A stretch of 64,000 nucleotides of DNA from Schizochytrium sp. TIO01. Its lineage: Eukaryota > Protista > Bigyra: Labyrinthulomycetes. Location: positions 62,001-126,000 of the forward strand of contig SMSO01000035.1 of the NCBI GenBank assembly GCA_004764695.1, in the 5' to 3' direction. Position numbers and translations under genes: made by a program. Positions 16,696 to 28,941 of the stretch are shown piece after piece. The stretch's first letter is position 1; each line of letters opens with the position of its first letter. The notes under the pieces were generated by a model, which did no database searches, had not been told where the DNA came from, and saw only the letters and a program-made list of their open reading frames with translations.

Positions 16696-19376
16696 AAAAA
16701 ACTAGAATTAAAAGAATCTTCATTTTATTTGTGATACTACCAAAGGAAAGCAACCCAAAAGACTAAGGATTATTGCATGCTCAGTATCCAACTGTATCGA
16801 TGACTCACTGATGAGATACATTGACAAAGTTACTAGAACTTGCTCACCTGTGAAGTATACTGACCTTCCTTCAAATAGTTAGCATCAATGTATCTACATG
16901 ATCATGATCATGCCAGAAAGCTAAGTAAATCAAAATAATCGCATCGTAGTTGAGGTTGCCATTGGTACTTACATACGCAATCTATATTTCCAACAATGCT
17001 TTTAAGATGAGTGGTCTTTTAAAATTACCCAGCTGTAATATACAAATCTACAATAAAAAGCACCTATGATTATCACAGTCTTCTTCGAGCTGAATGTCTT
17101 TAAACTCATAATTAGTATTCACCAAATACGTTTATTTACTGTCCCTCTGAATAAATGCCTCAGTCTACCCAGGCATTATGAAAGACAAAAAATTCTTAGC
17201 ACGTTATTAACCTGGAAAGATCATATATATTTATATCGAAACTACTCGAACCTTTGCATGAAAAGTAGCTATTACCCTGTTTTGATCCAGAATGACTCAA
17301 GTTAGGTTGATCATGATAAAGGGACTATTTATGAATATATACGCTGGAAGAACAATTGAATATGAATGATTTCGCAAGCTAGTATAGCCCATTCTCTGGT
17401 ATTAGTAGGTTGCTAAGAAGCACCGTGTTGATTTTCAAATCTTCCGAGGGAGTGCGATAAAGCATATTTATGGCTTACCATGGCATAATCAAAGTTTGTT
17501 TCAGTTACAGAATATGGTTGTGACAAGCTATGCGGTCAACATTGATTTCTCGTATTATCTGACAGTGAGAGCCTCTTCTCAGTCTTACATAGTTGCAAGC
17601 CTCCTTTTTTCTGTTTCTATTCTGCTCAAATGTTTTAAAACCCAGGAGATAGGCACTCGCTTGAGCTGTTATTTGTGGTCTACCTCTTCGACAATGCTAA
17701 AAGTCTCGCGTCCCCTAATTTTTGGGGTGGGGGACCCCTCCCTCCCTGATCATTCACAGATTCACTTCTCCAAAACACGATGGTGAGAACTTGGCATGCA
17801 TGTGACAACTCTTCAAAAGGTTTGCTATGAGGTCACACGGTTTGGAGGGATGGTCATGAATAAGTGTTGCATCCATCTCTCTGCTTTCCAGAGCAAATTC
17901 ATAGATAGAAGACAGATAAGTGGGGTGCATCGAATCAGAGTTGCAGGAACATAATACTGATTTCTACAGTATTACTAACTAAGCATTGTCGATTTGGGAG
18001 AGAAAATAACTATTCGGAAGACCAATAAAACGCACAGAAAATCAGCCGCAGACGATGCCCGGAGAATCCTTTAGAATGATTATGGCTTACAGCGGTAAGT
18101 GGAAGATTTTGGAAACGCTTGTTTGGTGTACAACTTGTATCTTAGCTACTGAGTCTTGGTCTTTGAAAAGGTATTATGGCATCTACCTATTGGAATAGTG
18201 TTCTTGCTGGCTATAATATTTACGACCCCCTGTAACATCTTGTTTCGCAGTGTTATTTGTGTCATTTGCCAGGAAGCGCTCCCTCAGTTGCTTGTGACTT
18301 ACTCTTTCACATTATGATGGTGAGACTCGTCTAAGCAAGTGCTGAGATTGCCATTCGAAGGTACATGAGCACAAGACATGAACAGAATCCTTGACACACT
18401 ATTCTAAGTCCTAAACTACACGGACTTGTGTATGATAAAAAGATGACTCTATTAAGTACAAAGAGGTGAAATCAAGGAAGCTCAAGAGTGAGAGCCTACT
18501 ACATGTCCCAGGATATATGAAAGAACAACCTAAATCATTGGTTAAGGAAGCGAGTTAACTAACTCCCTAAGTTCTGCGCAATAAAAGTTGAGGTCTATCT
18601 TAGTCTCCTAATTGGCATATGAACCAATTTATCTGGGCATTCATTTCCAGGGACAGTAATCGCTAGCTTTATAAACCTAAGTATACAATGCATTCTTGGA
18701 TCTTGTCTTGCTTTTCAAGTTCCTGGTTTTCACCTTCCCAGTCAATGTCTAGCTGCAACACAAGTGCAAATGGGTCGAGCAATGGGACTTTTTCAAAACG
18801 GCCCGTTTTCGCAAAAACAAGGCTCGAAACGAGCATGGGTAAATATTTTAAATTGGCCTAGAAGTTGTGGAGAATAAGCAAGCATGCCCCTAGATGTTTC
18901 TGGTCCTGAAGCTATAAATCATGGAACCTGGATGTCTGACGAGAAAAGCGTATTTCTAGACTCTACTATCGCTGTCGGCTACAAGACTCGTATGACCAAA
19001 ACGGGTGAGACAGTAATAAGAAGTTGGATTTGGGTAATTCAACGAAGTAGAATTGAATTTTGCATATTTCCCTGGTCACATGTACACCAATCAAGCTGAG
19101 GAGGTGAGTTTCAACAACAACAAGTGATCCAAGACCCTGCACTTGTCGATAGCCTAGGAAACGAAATGACAAACAGTAACTAGAAACATGATGTTCGTTT
19201 TAAAAAGTATGTCTTTAATTTATTTGAATATTGGTTATATCTAGATTTTGTGGTATCTGCAAACGATCTGTCTTCTGAAAGCTTATGTTTTTACATTGGT
19301 ACAATTATAGCTTCTATCTAACATCAAAACAGCCTAATACACGTGATTTGGTATTTGGTTACATTTCTTTCGATAA

Positions 19377-20411
19377 CTAAGTATACTGATCAAATTTAGC
19401 AGTGTAGGATTCGTAAGATTGTGTGAAAACGGAAGGTAGATCCTGCATACGCTTGTGAGTTTTCGCAAAAACTTCGAGCCGAGTTGGCTCTAGTGTGTAT
19501 CGTTTGCCTTGACTGGAAACGCATACAATTTCTAAATTAAAAACATTTCGAAGGTTGCGGTGTGGCTGGAAGAGAGCTACACGTTGAGGGAAAATCACAA
19601 GTTCAATAAGAATAAACTTGCCACGGCGACGAATGCAAGAACGTTCAACTTTGATTAGAGTATTTTCATTGCGCTGCTTTTCACTAGCAAGAAAAGATCC
19701 ATTGTTCGCGCTGCGCCACGAAATTACGTCTCTGAGGTTGCCATCTTCATAGTAATGCCGGCCAAAATCATCCTTCGACTTACTGGCTTGAAGTCGCGTT
19801 TTACCTGTAGTATACACATCAATCTCTTTTGGCATATGTTTTTGAGACTTGCATGCTATTACAAACCGGATGACACGGAAAGCTGCATACGCATAGTACA
19901 CTGCCAAGTTTGGTTGATGCAGCGCAAAACGAACTGGAGGTTTCTGGACCGACCTTTTCCTCTTCATAGATTTCTTTTTGTCATTTGCTCTTGATTGAAC
20001 AGTGCCTGCTGTGAGGTCATTTGCAGGAGGTGCAAGTGCTGTTGCAATGCTCACAGGAAAGCGCCCATTCGAATGGTGTGTTGAGTCGGTTCCGTAGAGT
20101 GAGCCTGAGTCTGTATCATCTTCTTCTGACAGAAACCCTGGAATAATGTAACCACTCGGTTGGCTTAAGACAGACTTCTCTGTAACTGATTCTGTATGAC
20201 TTGTCTCAGCTCCAACAGCCAACAGTAGGGCTCTCTCTGTCTCGTTGAGCCAGTCTGTGCTCACAACATCTCCTTCAGAAAGGGGTATAGGTTCAATCAA
20301 CTCGCTCTGGCCAATTTTGCTTCGCTTTCTTTCACCGTCCTCAGAAATCTCTTCGTAGCACACTTGTTCATCAGCGCAGCGCTTGCCTAGCACCGTGGTG
20401 CTCGCAGACAT
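19377..20411 (-). CDS. Hypothetical protein (about 344 aa) with basic NLS-like motifs
   Basis: Long stop-free ORF with ATG at 20411. The N-terminal half is acidic and disordered and includes KKKSMKRKR; the C-terminal half looks globular. No family recognised. Confidence 0.7.
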   Translation of the reverse strand: MSASTTVLGKRCADEQVCYEEISEDGERKRSKIGQSELIEPIPLSEGDVVSTDWLNETERALLLAVGAETSHTESVTEKSVLSQPSGYIIPGFLSEEDDTDSGSLYGTDSTHHSNGRFPVSIATALAPPANDLTAGTVQSRANDKKKSMKRKRSVQKPPVRFALHQPNLAVYYAYAAFRVIRFVIACKSQKHMPKEIDVYTTGKTRLQASKSKDDFGRHYYEDGNLRDVISWRSANNGSFLASEKQRNENTLIKVERSCIRRRGKFILIELVIFPQRVALFQPHRNLRNVFNLEIVCVSSQGKRYTLEPTRLEVFAKTHKRMQDLPSVFTQSYESYTAKFDQYT

Positions 20412-21639
20412 GTTCTTCCAAAGATGAATCGTAGCCTTGCACAATTCAAGTTCTGTTGACGGAGGAGGCGATCATCATCATGTTGTTAAGTACGCCTTAT
20501 AAGTGTTCCTACCTCGCGGGGTTCTGCAACTCAGAGCGCTACCCTTTTCCCTCTTACGATGATGACTACGCTGCTGCTGTCAGCACTTCTAAAGTTACCT
20601 AGGTATAGCCTACTAAAGTATTTTCATTTCATGGTCACGTGCTCAGGTGATACCCTTCCTACCAATACTCCCTAATTACTGTTAATTCTAATGGCTACTA
20701 GAGTGCTTTTCGTTTCTATTTTTTAAAGTTAAAAATATATATATAAACTATTTTTCAATAAATTCTTAGGAAACAATGAATAATTATAATAGAAGCAGAT
20801 CAAACAAAACTCGCGTCTCCAAGACACCTACCTTCGTTCCCCCTTGCAATAGTAAGCGCGTGCTTCTCTTTTTTAAGAGTAGAAAGTACTTGGTCTAGAA
20901 CAGGAGAGATAAAACTGGGCGAACTTAGATATTGAAGGCTTCTGAACTCATTATTTTTATATCGGTGCCTCATGCTACTAGTAGATATTTAGGCAGATTG
21001 TTAAGATACTGCTCTCATTCTCTCTCGCAGTCGCTCCTAGAATTAAAAATAAAGATAAGATGCTTGGAAACTAGCCTTATGAGAGAGTATGGTGTATAAG
21101 TAGCAGTAGATGGAACTACCAATACCACTACTACTGCTGCTACTGCTGCTACTACTACTTGAGGTCTATTACTGGGTTGAATGCATAGATACTTGAATCG
21201 CACACAGCATCACACGCTCGCAATCTCAGCTAAAAAGTCTCTGGTAGTGTGAATGGAAGTCAAAGTACATAGTACACTCATAATTTGACAGAAGAAAAAT
21301 ATATATAAATTTGAAATTCAATAAAAGATCTCATTTTCATAGTAACTCTCCATCTAGGTGACTGATTTTTATTTAAAATAAAAAAAAAAAGTTAGTGGTA
21401 CAAAACTGGTAGACAGTTGTAGATTCTGGGCGAACATTGCCAACACCGTGACTTAAAAATAAATAAATATATATATATATATCATATATATCATATTTAA
21501 AGAATTAAAAAAATGATAAATAATAAATAATAAATAAAAGTATTACTAAAAGCGTAGGCGCAAAGCTAGCATTGACTGCACACTTTATATTCTTATTAAT
21601 CCTTTAAAATTTAAAAATGAATTCTCTATTGATCTCTAG

Positions 21640-23250
21640 AAAGTGGGATAAGGAGAACATGGGTTTATACTATGTCTCGAACTGGCAGGGGAAACTTGAA
21701 TATCTTTAGATATCATTAAACGAGAGGACAGCATTGCAGTGAAATAAGCTACGAAACTTTTACGTTTTTCTAAAGTGCATGCTTCGAAGATGCAAGACGA
21801 TAATATAGAAAAGAGGCATGGGCAATCTGCCAAGTCATGACTTTGCCTGCTCATTTTCTCGGCGAACAAAATGCACACCTCCACCCGTATCAGCAACAAT
21901 CAACATATCATCGAGACCTAAACATTCCTTGATCTGGTGGTCAGCAGTAAATGAAACGTATCCATTCCAATTGGAGAAAGAAGACTTTGATACACTTCAT
22001 TTCCGCCTACAGCTTCCATAAAATGTTGAAGGTACTTACGAAACATTCCACCGAGACCAACTGGGAAGATGTCTTTATTCAAATCATCATGCTGCCTTTG
22101 GTTTTGCGCAGTTTTTCAAGCGTATCAACCCACAAGAAGGGACCCTCCGATCGCTCTGTCAGGATGTCAATGATTTGATCCGCAGCCCGTGGGTCAAGTA
22201 GACCAGGCTGGTACAATAAGGTAAGCTTGAGATGTTTTTGAAGGTCTTCCAAAAAAGAAACGTCGCTCCATTCAAGCTTGGTGGGATGGAAATCCCGCAT
22301 AGATTTAGGGATTTCTTTCTCAGGTCGAGTGCTTAACACCAGGCACAACCACGGTGGTAATTCCTGAGTCCAGCGTTGTACAACAACTTCGTCTAGAAAT
22401 TGTTGGGACTTACCGCATTCATCAAGAGCACCAAGAACTGCCACTTGACGAGAAGAATTGTCCTTGCGATCGCCACTATTTATTGTTTTCATCCAGCGTT
22501 CAGTACCCAAAATAGGAAATACTTTAGATCCTTTGATCCCGCGAGACATTGCTACGTCAACCATACCTTGCATCTCATGGTCATCAAGCCAGACCTTAAG
22601 ATTATGTTGTTCTTCGAGAATCTGTGCGATCTTTAGTGCTTTGGAGTGAGTCGCCATGCTGGTACCCCACTCGTGAGAATTGAAAACGCCCCAGTCATTG
22701 TCGTATCGCTTACTGTGAGTTCTTTTTCTGAATACTTGAGACAATGGCTTGAACATCTGAAGGATTCTCAAGTGCAGTACAGTATTGCTCATTACTAAGA
22801 ATATAAGCTTACCAGGCCTTCCAGGATTTCTGATTTAACATTCCCTTATCCACTACCACAGGGAGTAGTGAGTTTGGGAGCTTATTGCAGACTGACTTTA
22901 GACCCCCGTGTGAGATACAATGTGCCTGGAGATCTCCACTCACCAAAATCAAGCCAAGTTGAGAAGTTTCAATATTTTTCGTGGTTGTGTTCTGTACTAT
23001 TGGGTATTTAAAAAACGGGTTCAACTTGTCCACTATGTCTTGGGCTCTGTTAAAGTCGCTAGCGTCAAAGACGAGCGCGACGCGGACCTCAGGTAGCGAA
23101 CTCTTGGTTGTGAGACATTCTTTATGAGTATTCCATTGCGCTTGGTTGTCTTTGCCAGCTTTGCCCCAACATGAAAACCGACAGTGCAGAGTCTTGAAGA
23201 TCGACGTCGTTTGAAAGTAGAACTGCTAGCCTGACCCCAGGTGAACAAGT
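21640..23250 (-). pseudogene. Decayed paralog of the TIR-TIR-NACHT gene
   Basis: NSLLPVVVDKGML matches NNLLPVILDKEL; WGVFNSHEWG...LKVWLDDHEMQG...INSGDRKDN matches the second TIR; LGALDEC...LPPWLCLVLSTR and ERSEGPFLW match the NACHT domain. Stops, frameshifts and a large internal deletion are present. Confidence 0.85.
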
Positions 23251-24974
23251 TAAAATGTCACACACTCTTCACTGCGATAGGAGCAATAAGCAAGCCAAGC
23301 AAGGACGCCAGCAGATTGGTATGGGGACAGAGGATCAAGACGAGACCGAGACAACAAGCAGGGTTGTGTCTTTACTATATCGTCTGACGCTTTTGCAACA
23401 CCACAACAATTGTAGGAAGTGTGAGTACCCCTCCTCGCTACGTAACATTTTTCTTGCCCAGGTCTTAAAAGAAAATTATTTGCAATACAGGCATAGCTCA
23501 GAATTCTTACTACCTACTAGCTAGTTATAGCTACGTTAGTTTTAACCCAAGTGAAAGGGTTCAAAGTGTTGATGGCAGACTGACCCGAAGTTGTCCACGT
23601 GCCTTTGTGGTATTACAATTACTAGATACCTAATCAGGCCGATTGTCTAAGTACCCCTACTAGTTTGAATTTCGGCACTTCAGCAACGGGAGTGAAAATC
23701 TTTCACTCAAGTCAAAGATGCACTCGCACCCTATAGACCTAGGTACGCATCTACATAAACATTTCGGCTCGGGTTTGGTTCTCTCTCTAAATGAAAATAT
23801 TGCCACTGACAAATAGTAGGTAGATATATACCTACCTACGTGTCTGAACTTTCACTAGTTAGAGTTAATGAGCTTAATTTTTGAAATTTGTCTAAAATCT
23901 TTTAGCTTGGGTGAGCCAAAGCAATCACCCGGAGTAGTTATTTTCATTTAAAAAACGCACGCTTCAAGAAGTACCATTGTCTTGCTAGTCCGAGGATAGT
24001 CTTTTACTTTTAAGATAAAGCATATCACTCGGAATGATCAGTAAGAGTGATCATATCACAGGTTCTAGTTCTTGCATATATAGTAATACATGAGTTGCCC
24101 AAGTTTGCTGAATATATTACTTTCACAACCTAGCCAGAGGCTATTTCTATAGCTTTTTTTCTTAACTTGGGCAAAGCTCGAGACAAAACATACTGCTCAA
24201 CACATCCGACGGCTGCGGAACCACACACACCCATATCAGTATTGGGCACCATCTTTTACACATTATCCAATTTCGTGCAGAGCTTACAAGGCCTGATCGA
24301 AAACTTCTAAAGAAGTTGAACTACAACAATGATCAAAGAGAAGAAATGAACGGCCACCACAGATAGTTAGCGAGAGAATCTACATAGTTGCATATAGATC
24401 TACCGTGTATGCAAAATATGTTGATCGCTGTTTTCTTGCCAAGCGTTTATAGACACTGCATAGTTTAATACAGGATGTTGTCCTGCTCATTTTCATATCA
24501 TTTGAGTACATTCCTAATTGCTTCTGTCGTTGTCTTCACTTGCGTAGATTCCATGGCTAGCTTCTTCAAAATTTAATGTTTGGAAAATTTGAGATACTCA
24601 CGATTTTTACACAAAACTGAGGTCATTGCGAGGATGCCTGCAAGTGAGCCTAACTAGGGCTTACATGGTGCCAGATCATTAATTTGAGGTGCAAGAGTAT
24701 GGCCATATTTCCAAGTTGTTCATATCCCAGCTTATAATAGCCCTCCAAATCAAGTATACAGCTTTTAAACAACTTTCATTTTTTTTTTTCCAATAAAATA
24801 TATACATATGACAATTGAAAAAATTAAATTGAAAAAAATAAAAATAATTAAACGGACATTTGTTTTCTTCTTTTTCCAAGTCCTTAGGATTTCACAATGG
24901 CCACTTACTTCAGGGATGGCTTCACTTCATAGAATTGCTGCAAATCGGCAGGTACAGAATCACGACGCGAAGCG

Positions 24975-26600
24975 ATGATGCCAGGTTTTGGGAAACTATT
25001 GGTGACGCTGCTCCTTCTTATAGTTCTGCAAGAGAGTAGGTGCCACTCGCACACTGATATACTGCAAGACCTCAACGAAGGCGTAGCATCTGTGGAGCTT
25101 TTGAAGCGCTCTCCGTCGCTTCGTGAGGATGAATTCGAGGTGGTGTTTCGCGTTGTTGGTGCCCTCGGTATTCAATTCAAAGCAGATCTGACAATCATGG
25201 CCTTTCGTGAACTCGGAGGTGGTCGCTTAGGCGCTGCTGAAAAAAGCGGTTTACTACACATCGGTGACAAGCTCATGGCTGTTAACGGTGACGACGTGAG
25301 TGAGCTGACCACAGCAGACGCATTTCAAGTACTTAATGAAGCAGCAGAAAATGTGCAGGTGCCGCGGAGATTCGTTTTTCGCCGCGGAGAACGCGGTCCT
25401 GGCCAACGCGAGCTTTCAGAGGAGGGCCGTCTTGCAGCACATCCAGATATGGTTATCGAACATATCGATGTGATAGACGCCCAACATCAAGAACATACCA
25501 TGCGAATTATGATGGCAGCAGATGGTTTTGGTGTGAAGCCAAATGACTGTACTCCACGGCGTCTTGTGTTTATGCAACCTGAGGATGCTTGTGATGAGAA
25601 TGCTTTAATTACACCTCCCAAACAAATTTTCGGCGCGTACGCTGTTGTGAAACGAGGAAAGTGTTCCTTTCATCGAAAAGCAAACGTTATGGGCAATCTT
25701 GGTGCAGCAGGTCTATTAATATTAAATTCAGAAGATCGCCTCTTTCGCATGGAGCAAGATACCTTCGTATCAGACGAGATCAACATTCCCATAGCAATGC
25801 TTTCCAGTCTTGATGGGGAAGAACTCCAAGCATTGCGGACCCAGATGGCAGTCAACTTAAACAGAGACCTTCAGGCCAAGATTGTAGCTACTCAGGATTG
25901 CCAGGCTCTCGAACAGCAAGAACAAGCAATTGCCCTAGCCAAAAAATTGGGTCAAAAGTCTTTTTTTCGCAGCAAGGGCGCCCTTGAGGCCGAAGATGGA
26001 AATATTGTACTTGGTCATCGTTTGTTTGGTGCTCTTTCTCCGGCAGGGACCATTGCTGCTGTAAATAGCACAATTGGGAGTATAGATTTTGTTTCCGCAA
26101 GTTATTCTGCACCCCTCCCTGTTGGCCAGAACCTAGAACTTTCAATGCGTCCAGGAGTGGGAGATTGTCTCCTCATGGCAGCTGAAGATTCAGATGATGC
26201 CCAATATCGCCGCATACTGCAAATGCAACGGCGAAGTGAACGTTTTGTAAAATGCATAATAGTTGTCTCAAAGAATAGTGGCATCACTCGACTTGCTGCA
26301 GATCTTCCCAGCGACAACCGTGCTGCAGTGATCATGGTATCCTCAGGCGGAGGTCGATACCTACAATCGTTGCTTGCTCAGCAGAGCAAAATAACATTGG
26401 AACCCTCGCACAGTGTTTGGCACCGATGGAATGAGCTATATGCGATGGAGAATTCAGCTCAATGGCCATCAACTCCAAAGGCAAGGCGGCGTCTTGCTGC
26501 ACGAATGGTTGCTCATTCCAAGGACTCAGCATGTCGATTAGCACACTTAGTGGCACAGTTTCCAGATGCTACAGAGGCTTTAGCTTCGCTAACTCGTTAG
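24975..26600 (+). CDS. Signal-peptide protein with PDZ and PA (protease-associated) domains
   Basis: Hydrophobic N-terminus; PDZ-like GALGIQF...GAAEKSGLLHIGDKLMAVNG; PA-like AVVKRGKCSFHRKA...GAAGLLILN...INIPIAMLS. Confidence 0.85.
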   Translation: MMPGFGKLLVTLLLLIVLQESRCHSHTDILQDLNEGVASVELLKRSPSLREDEFEVVFRVVGALGIQFKADLTIMAFRELGGGRLGAAEKSGLLHIGDKLMAVNGDDVSELTTADAFQVLNEAAENVQVPRRFVFRRGERGPGQRELSEEGRLAAHPDMVIEHIDVIDAQHQEHTMRIMMAADGFGVKPNDCTPRRLVFMQPEDACDENALITPPKQIFGAYAVVKRGKCSFHRKANVMGNLGAAGLLILNSEDRLFRMEQDTFVSDEINIPIAMLSSLDGEELQALRTQMAVNLNRDLQAKIVATQDCQALEQQEQAIALAKKLGQKSFFRSKGALEAEDGNIVLGHRLFGALSPAGTIAAVNSTIGSIDFVSASYSAPLPVGQNLELSMRPGVGDCLLMAAEDSDDAQYRRILQMQRRSERFVKCIIVVSKNSGITRLAADLPSDNRAAVIMVSSGGGRYLQSLLAQQSKITLEPSHSVWHRWNELYAMENSAQWPSTPKARRRLAARMVAHSKDSACRLAHLVAQFPDATEALASLTR

Positions 26601-27369
26601 TTCCGACGGTAATCCATCCTTTGATAATATATGAGAGCTTAAGCTTTGATGGTATGTGCTTCAGACTTGCATTCCAATTGTTCTATTTGTCAACTCGTCA
26701 TTGGCAGAGCCCACTCCAAATTTTAGGTTTGTTACTTATCAAAATTTCGGAGTGTCCATGCATTACCACGAAGCATGATTGATTTCACGAAGTTCGCAGG
26801 TATCCTCTCATAGGATATTTTGTGTTCATTCGTTCAATGTTTCTTTATTTCAAAAGACAAGAAATTCCCAGAGACACAACAATATTTAATTATTAAAATG
26901 TGTGCAAACATGTTTCCCCTTGTGCTTCTTTCGAAGATGCCCATTCATCACAAACCATTCCATAGCATCACTAAAGTGAAAACACAGCTTTTAAATCGTC
27001 TATTGTAAAGTAAAGCAAATATTAAACTTGCGAATTTATTCTATTATTCTATCTCGTTTTATGAATTCAAATTGAGGAGAACGTATGTTTGGATAATCTA
27101 GGATAGATAGATGGAAAGGGGAATATGATAAGTAGCAGAATTTTATCAACAAAACGTTGGGATCGGGACTCAATCTAACTTTATATTAAACTGCACAAAA
27201 ACAGTTGTGTGACATAGAAATAAAGCAGGGTTTTCGAATTATTGCTGTCAACCAACCAAAAAATAGAAAAGGAAAGTGCAGCACTACACAAATATACCAA
27301 AGGAGGGCTTAGCGGCGCGGGCACCAGCACCAGCACGAGCAAGCAAGCAAGAGAGCAGGAGTGCATTCT

Positions 27370-28941
27370 TTAAAGCTTTGTACCATCCGAGTTGCGGCCA
27401 AAGTCATCTTCCAACTTAGTACGCTTAGGTGCAGGCTCAGAGGTATCATCCGCCGCAGAAAGCAGGTCTTCAACATTTGATGCGCAGTGGTCAGCCAGTA
27501 CACTTGCAATGCAGCTGGTGAGCTTGGAAGAAAAGTCAATGTGGAGAAATTCGTTCGGTCCATGAGCATTACTGCCAGGGCCAAGCACGCCAACAATCAG
27601 GAACTGCGCTTTGGGGAACATGTTGCCAAGCATGCCCATAAACGGAATGCTGCCACCCTCGCCCATGATCATCGCATCCTTGCCATAAAACTCCTTGGAC
27701 GCGTTGCTTGCTGCCTGTTCAAGCCACGCTGCCATAGGAGGTGCCGCCCAGCCTGCACCCACGTTCGCGTTGTAGGTGACCTTTGCATTGTAAGGAACGT
27801 CTTTCGTGAGTGCATCACGGATATCTTGAACAACATTATCACTCGGGAGAGTTGGCGGTAGACGAATGCTCAAGCGCAAAGTTGTTGAAGGACGGAGCAC
27901 GTTGCCCGCACTTCCAGCAGGTGGCAGACCTTCAGCACCAACGACTGTCACAGTCGATCGCCACCAACGGTTGAGTGCTAGTTCTGTGAGCTGTTCATCA
28001 CCCTCAGGCTCAGCGGGCACAGCTCCCTCGACAAACGGGAAACAGTCAATCATGCCAGGGCGGCCAAGGACTGCAGCAGACTGGGCCACTTGAGTGCGGA
28101 CCTTCTCAGGAATATCCACCACAAGCCCAGGCAGAGTCACGCATCCAGTCTTGACGTCTTCGAGACGGTCCAGAAGGCTTCGAGCAATACGAAATGTGTC
28201 CGGAAGAATTCCAGAAGCATCTCCGGAGTGTACACCTTCCTTGGCAATCTCTACCTTAAGGTTTCCAACGCAAACTCCGCGAAGAGATGTTGTGATCCAC
28301 ATTTGTTCATAATTGCCACAACCAGAGTCCAGGCAAATGACAAGATTCGGGTTTCCGATACGCTCCTTGAGATGGGTGACATATGTGGGTAAGTCGGGGC
28401 TTCCAGACTCTTCTGCGGCCTCAACGATGATGACGCAGCGAGCGTGCGGAATTCCTTGCTTCTGCAGCGCACGAATTGAGGTAACAGCGGTGAAGACGCT
28501 GTAGCCATCGTCAGCGCCTCCACGTCCGTACAACTTCCCGTCACGAATCACAGGTTTGTAAGGTTCAAGACCTTCTTCCCAGCCCTCAAAAGGGGGTTGC
28601 TTGTCCATGTGGCCGTAGAGGAGCACTGTGCCGGATTTGGAGACGTCCACACCCTCGCTGGCTTTCACCTCCACGAAGAGGAGCGGCGTGCGACCTTCGA
28701 GCTCAATGAGCTCAATCTCCACGCCAGAGAGATCTTGGGCTTTAACCCATTCCTGGATCAGAGCCATGGCCTTGTCTTGATTTTCTTTCACCGTCGGATC
28801 ATTTTGGTCCACGAAGAGTGGACTCTGGTTCGGGATGGCAACATATTCGCAGAGCTTGGGAATGCAGTCCTTAGTCCAAGTCTCATCAACAAACGCCGCA
28901 ATTGCCTTATGATCTACGTTGGCAGCAGATGCTTCTCCCAT
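27370..28941 (-). CDS. M20/M25/M40 family metallopeptidase (dipeptidase/DapE-like)
   Basis: Motifs LLYGHMDKQPP, LYGRGGADD, EAAEESGS, CLDSG and SNAHGPNEFL. ATG at 28941. Confidence 0.95.
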   Translation of the reverse strand: MGEASAANVDHKAIAAFVDETWTKDCIPKLCEYVAIPNQSPLFVDQNDPTVKENQDKAMALIQEWVKAQDLSGVEIELIELEGRTPLLFVEVKASEGVDVSKSGTVLLYGHMDKQPPFEGWEEGLEPYKPVIRDGKLYGRGGADDGYSVFTAVTSIRALQKQGIPHARCVIIVEAAEESGSPDLPTYVTHLKERIGNPNLVICLDSGCGNYEQMWITTSLRGVCVGNLKVEIAKEGVHSGDASGILPDTFRIARSLLDRLEDVKTGCVTLPGLVVDIPEKVRTQVAQSAAVLGRPGMIDCFPFVEGAVPAEPEGDEQLTELALNRWWRSTVTVVGAEGLPPAGSAGNVLRPSTTLRLSIRLPPTLPSDNVVQDIRDALTKDVPYNAKVTYNANVGAGWAAPPMAAWLEQAASNASKEFYGKDAMIMGEGGSIPFMGMLGNMFPKAQFLIVGVLGPGSNAHGPNEFLHIDFSSKLTSCIASVLADHCASNVEDLLSAADDTSEPAPKRTKLEDDFGRNSDGTKL

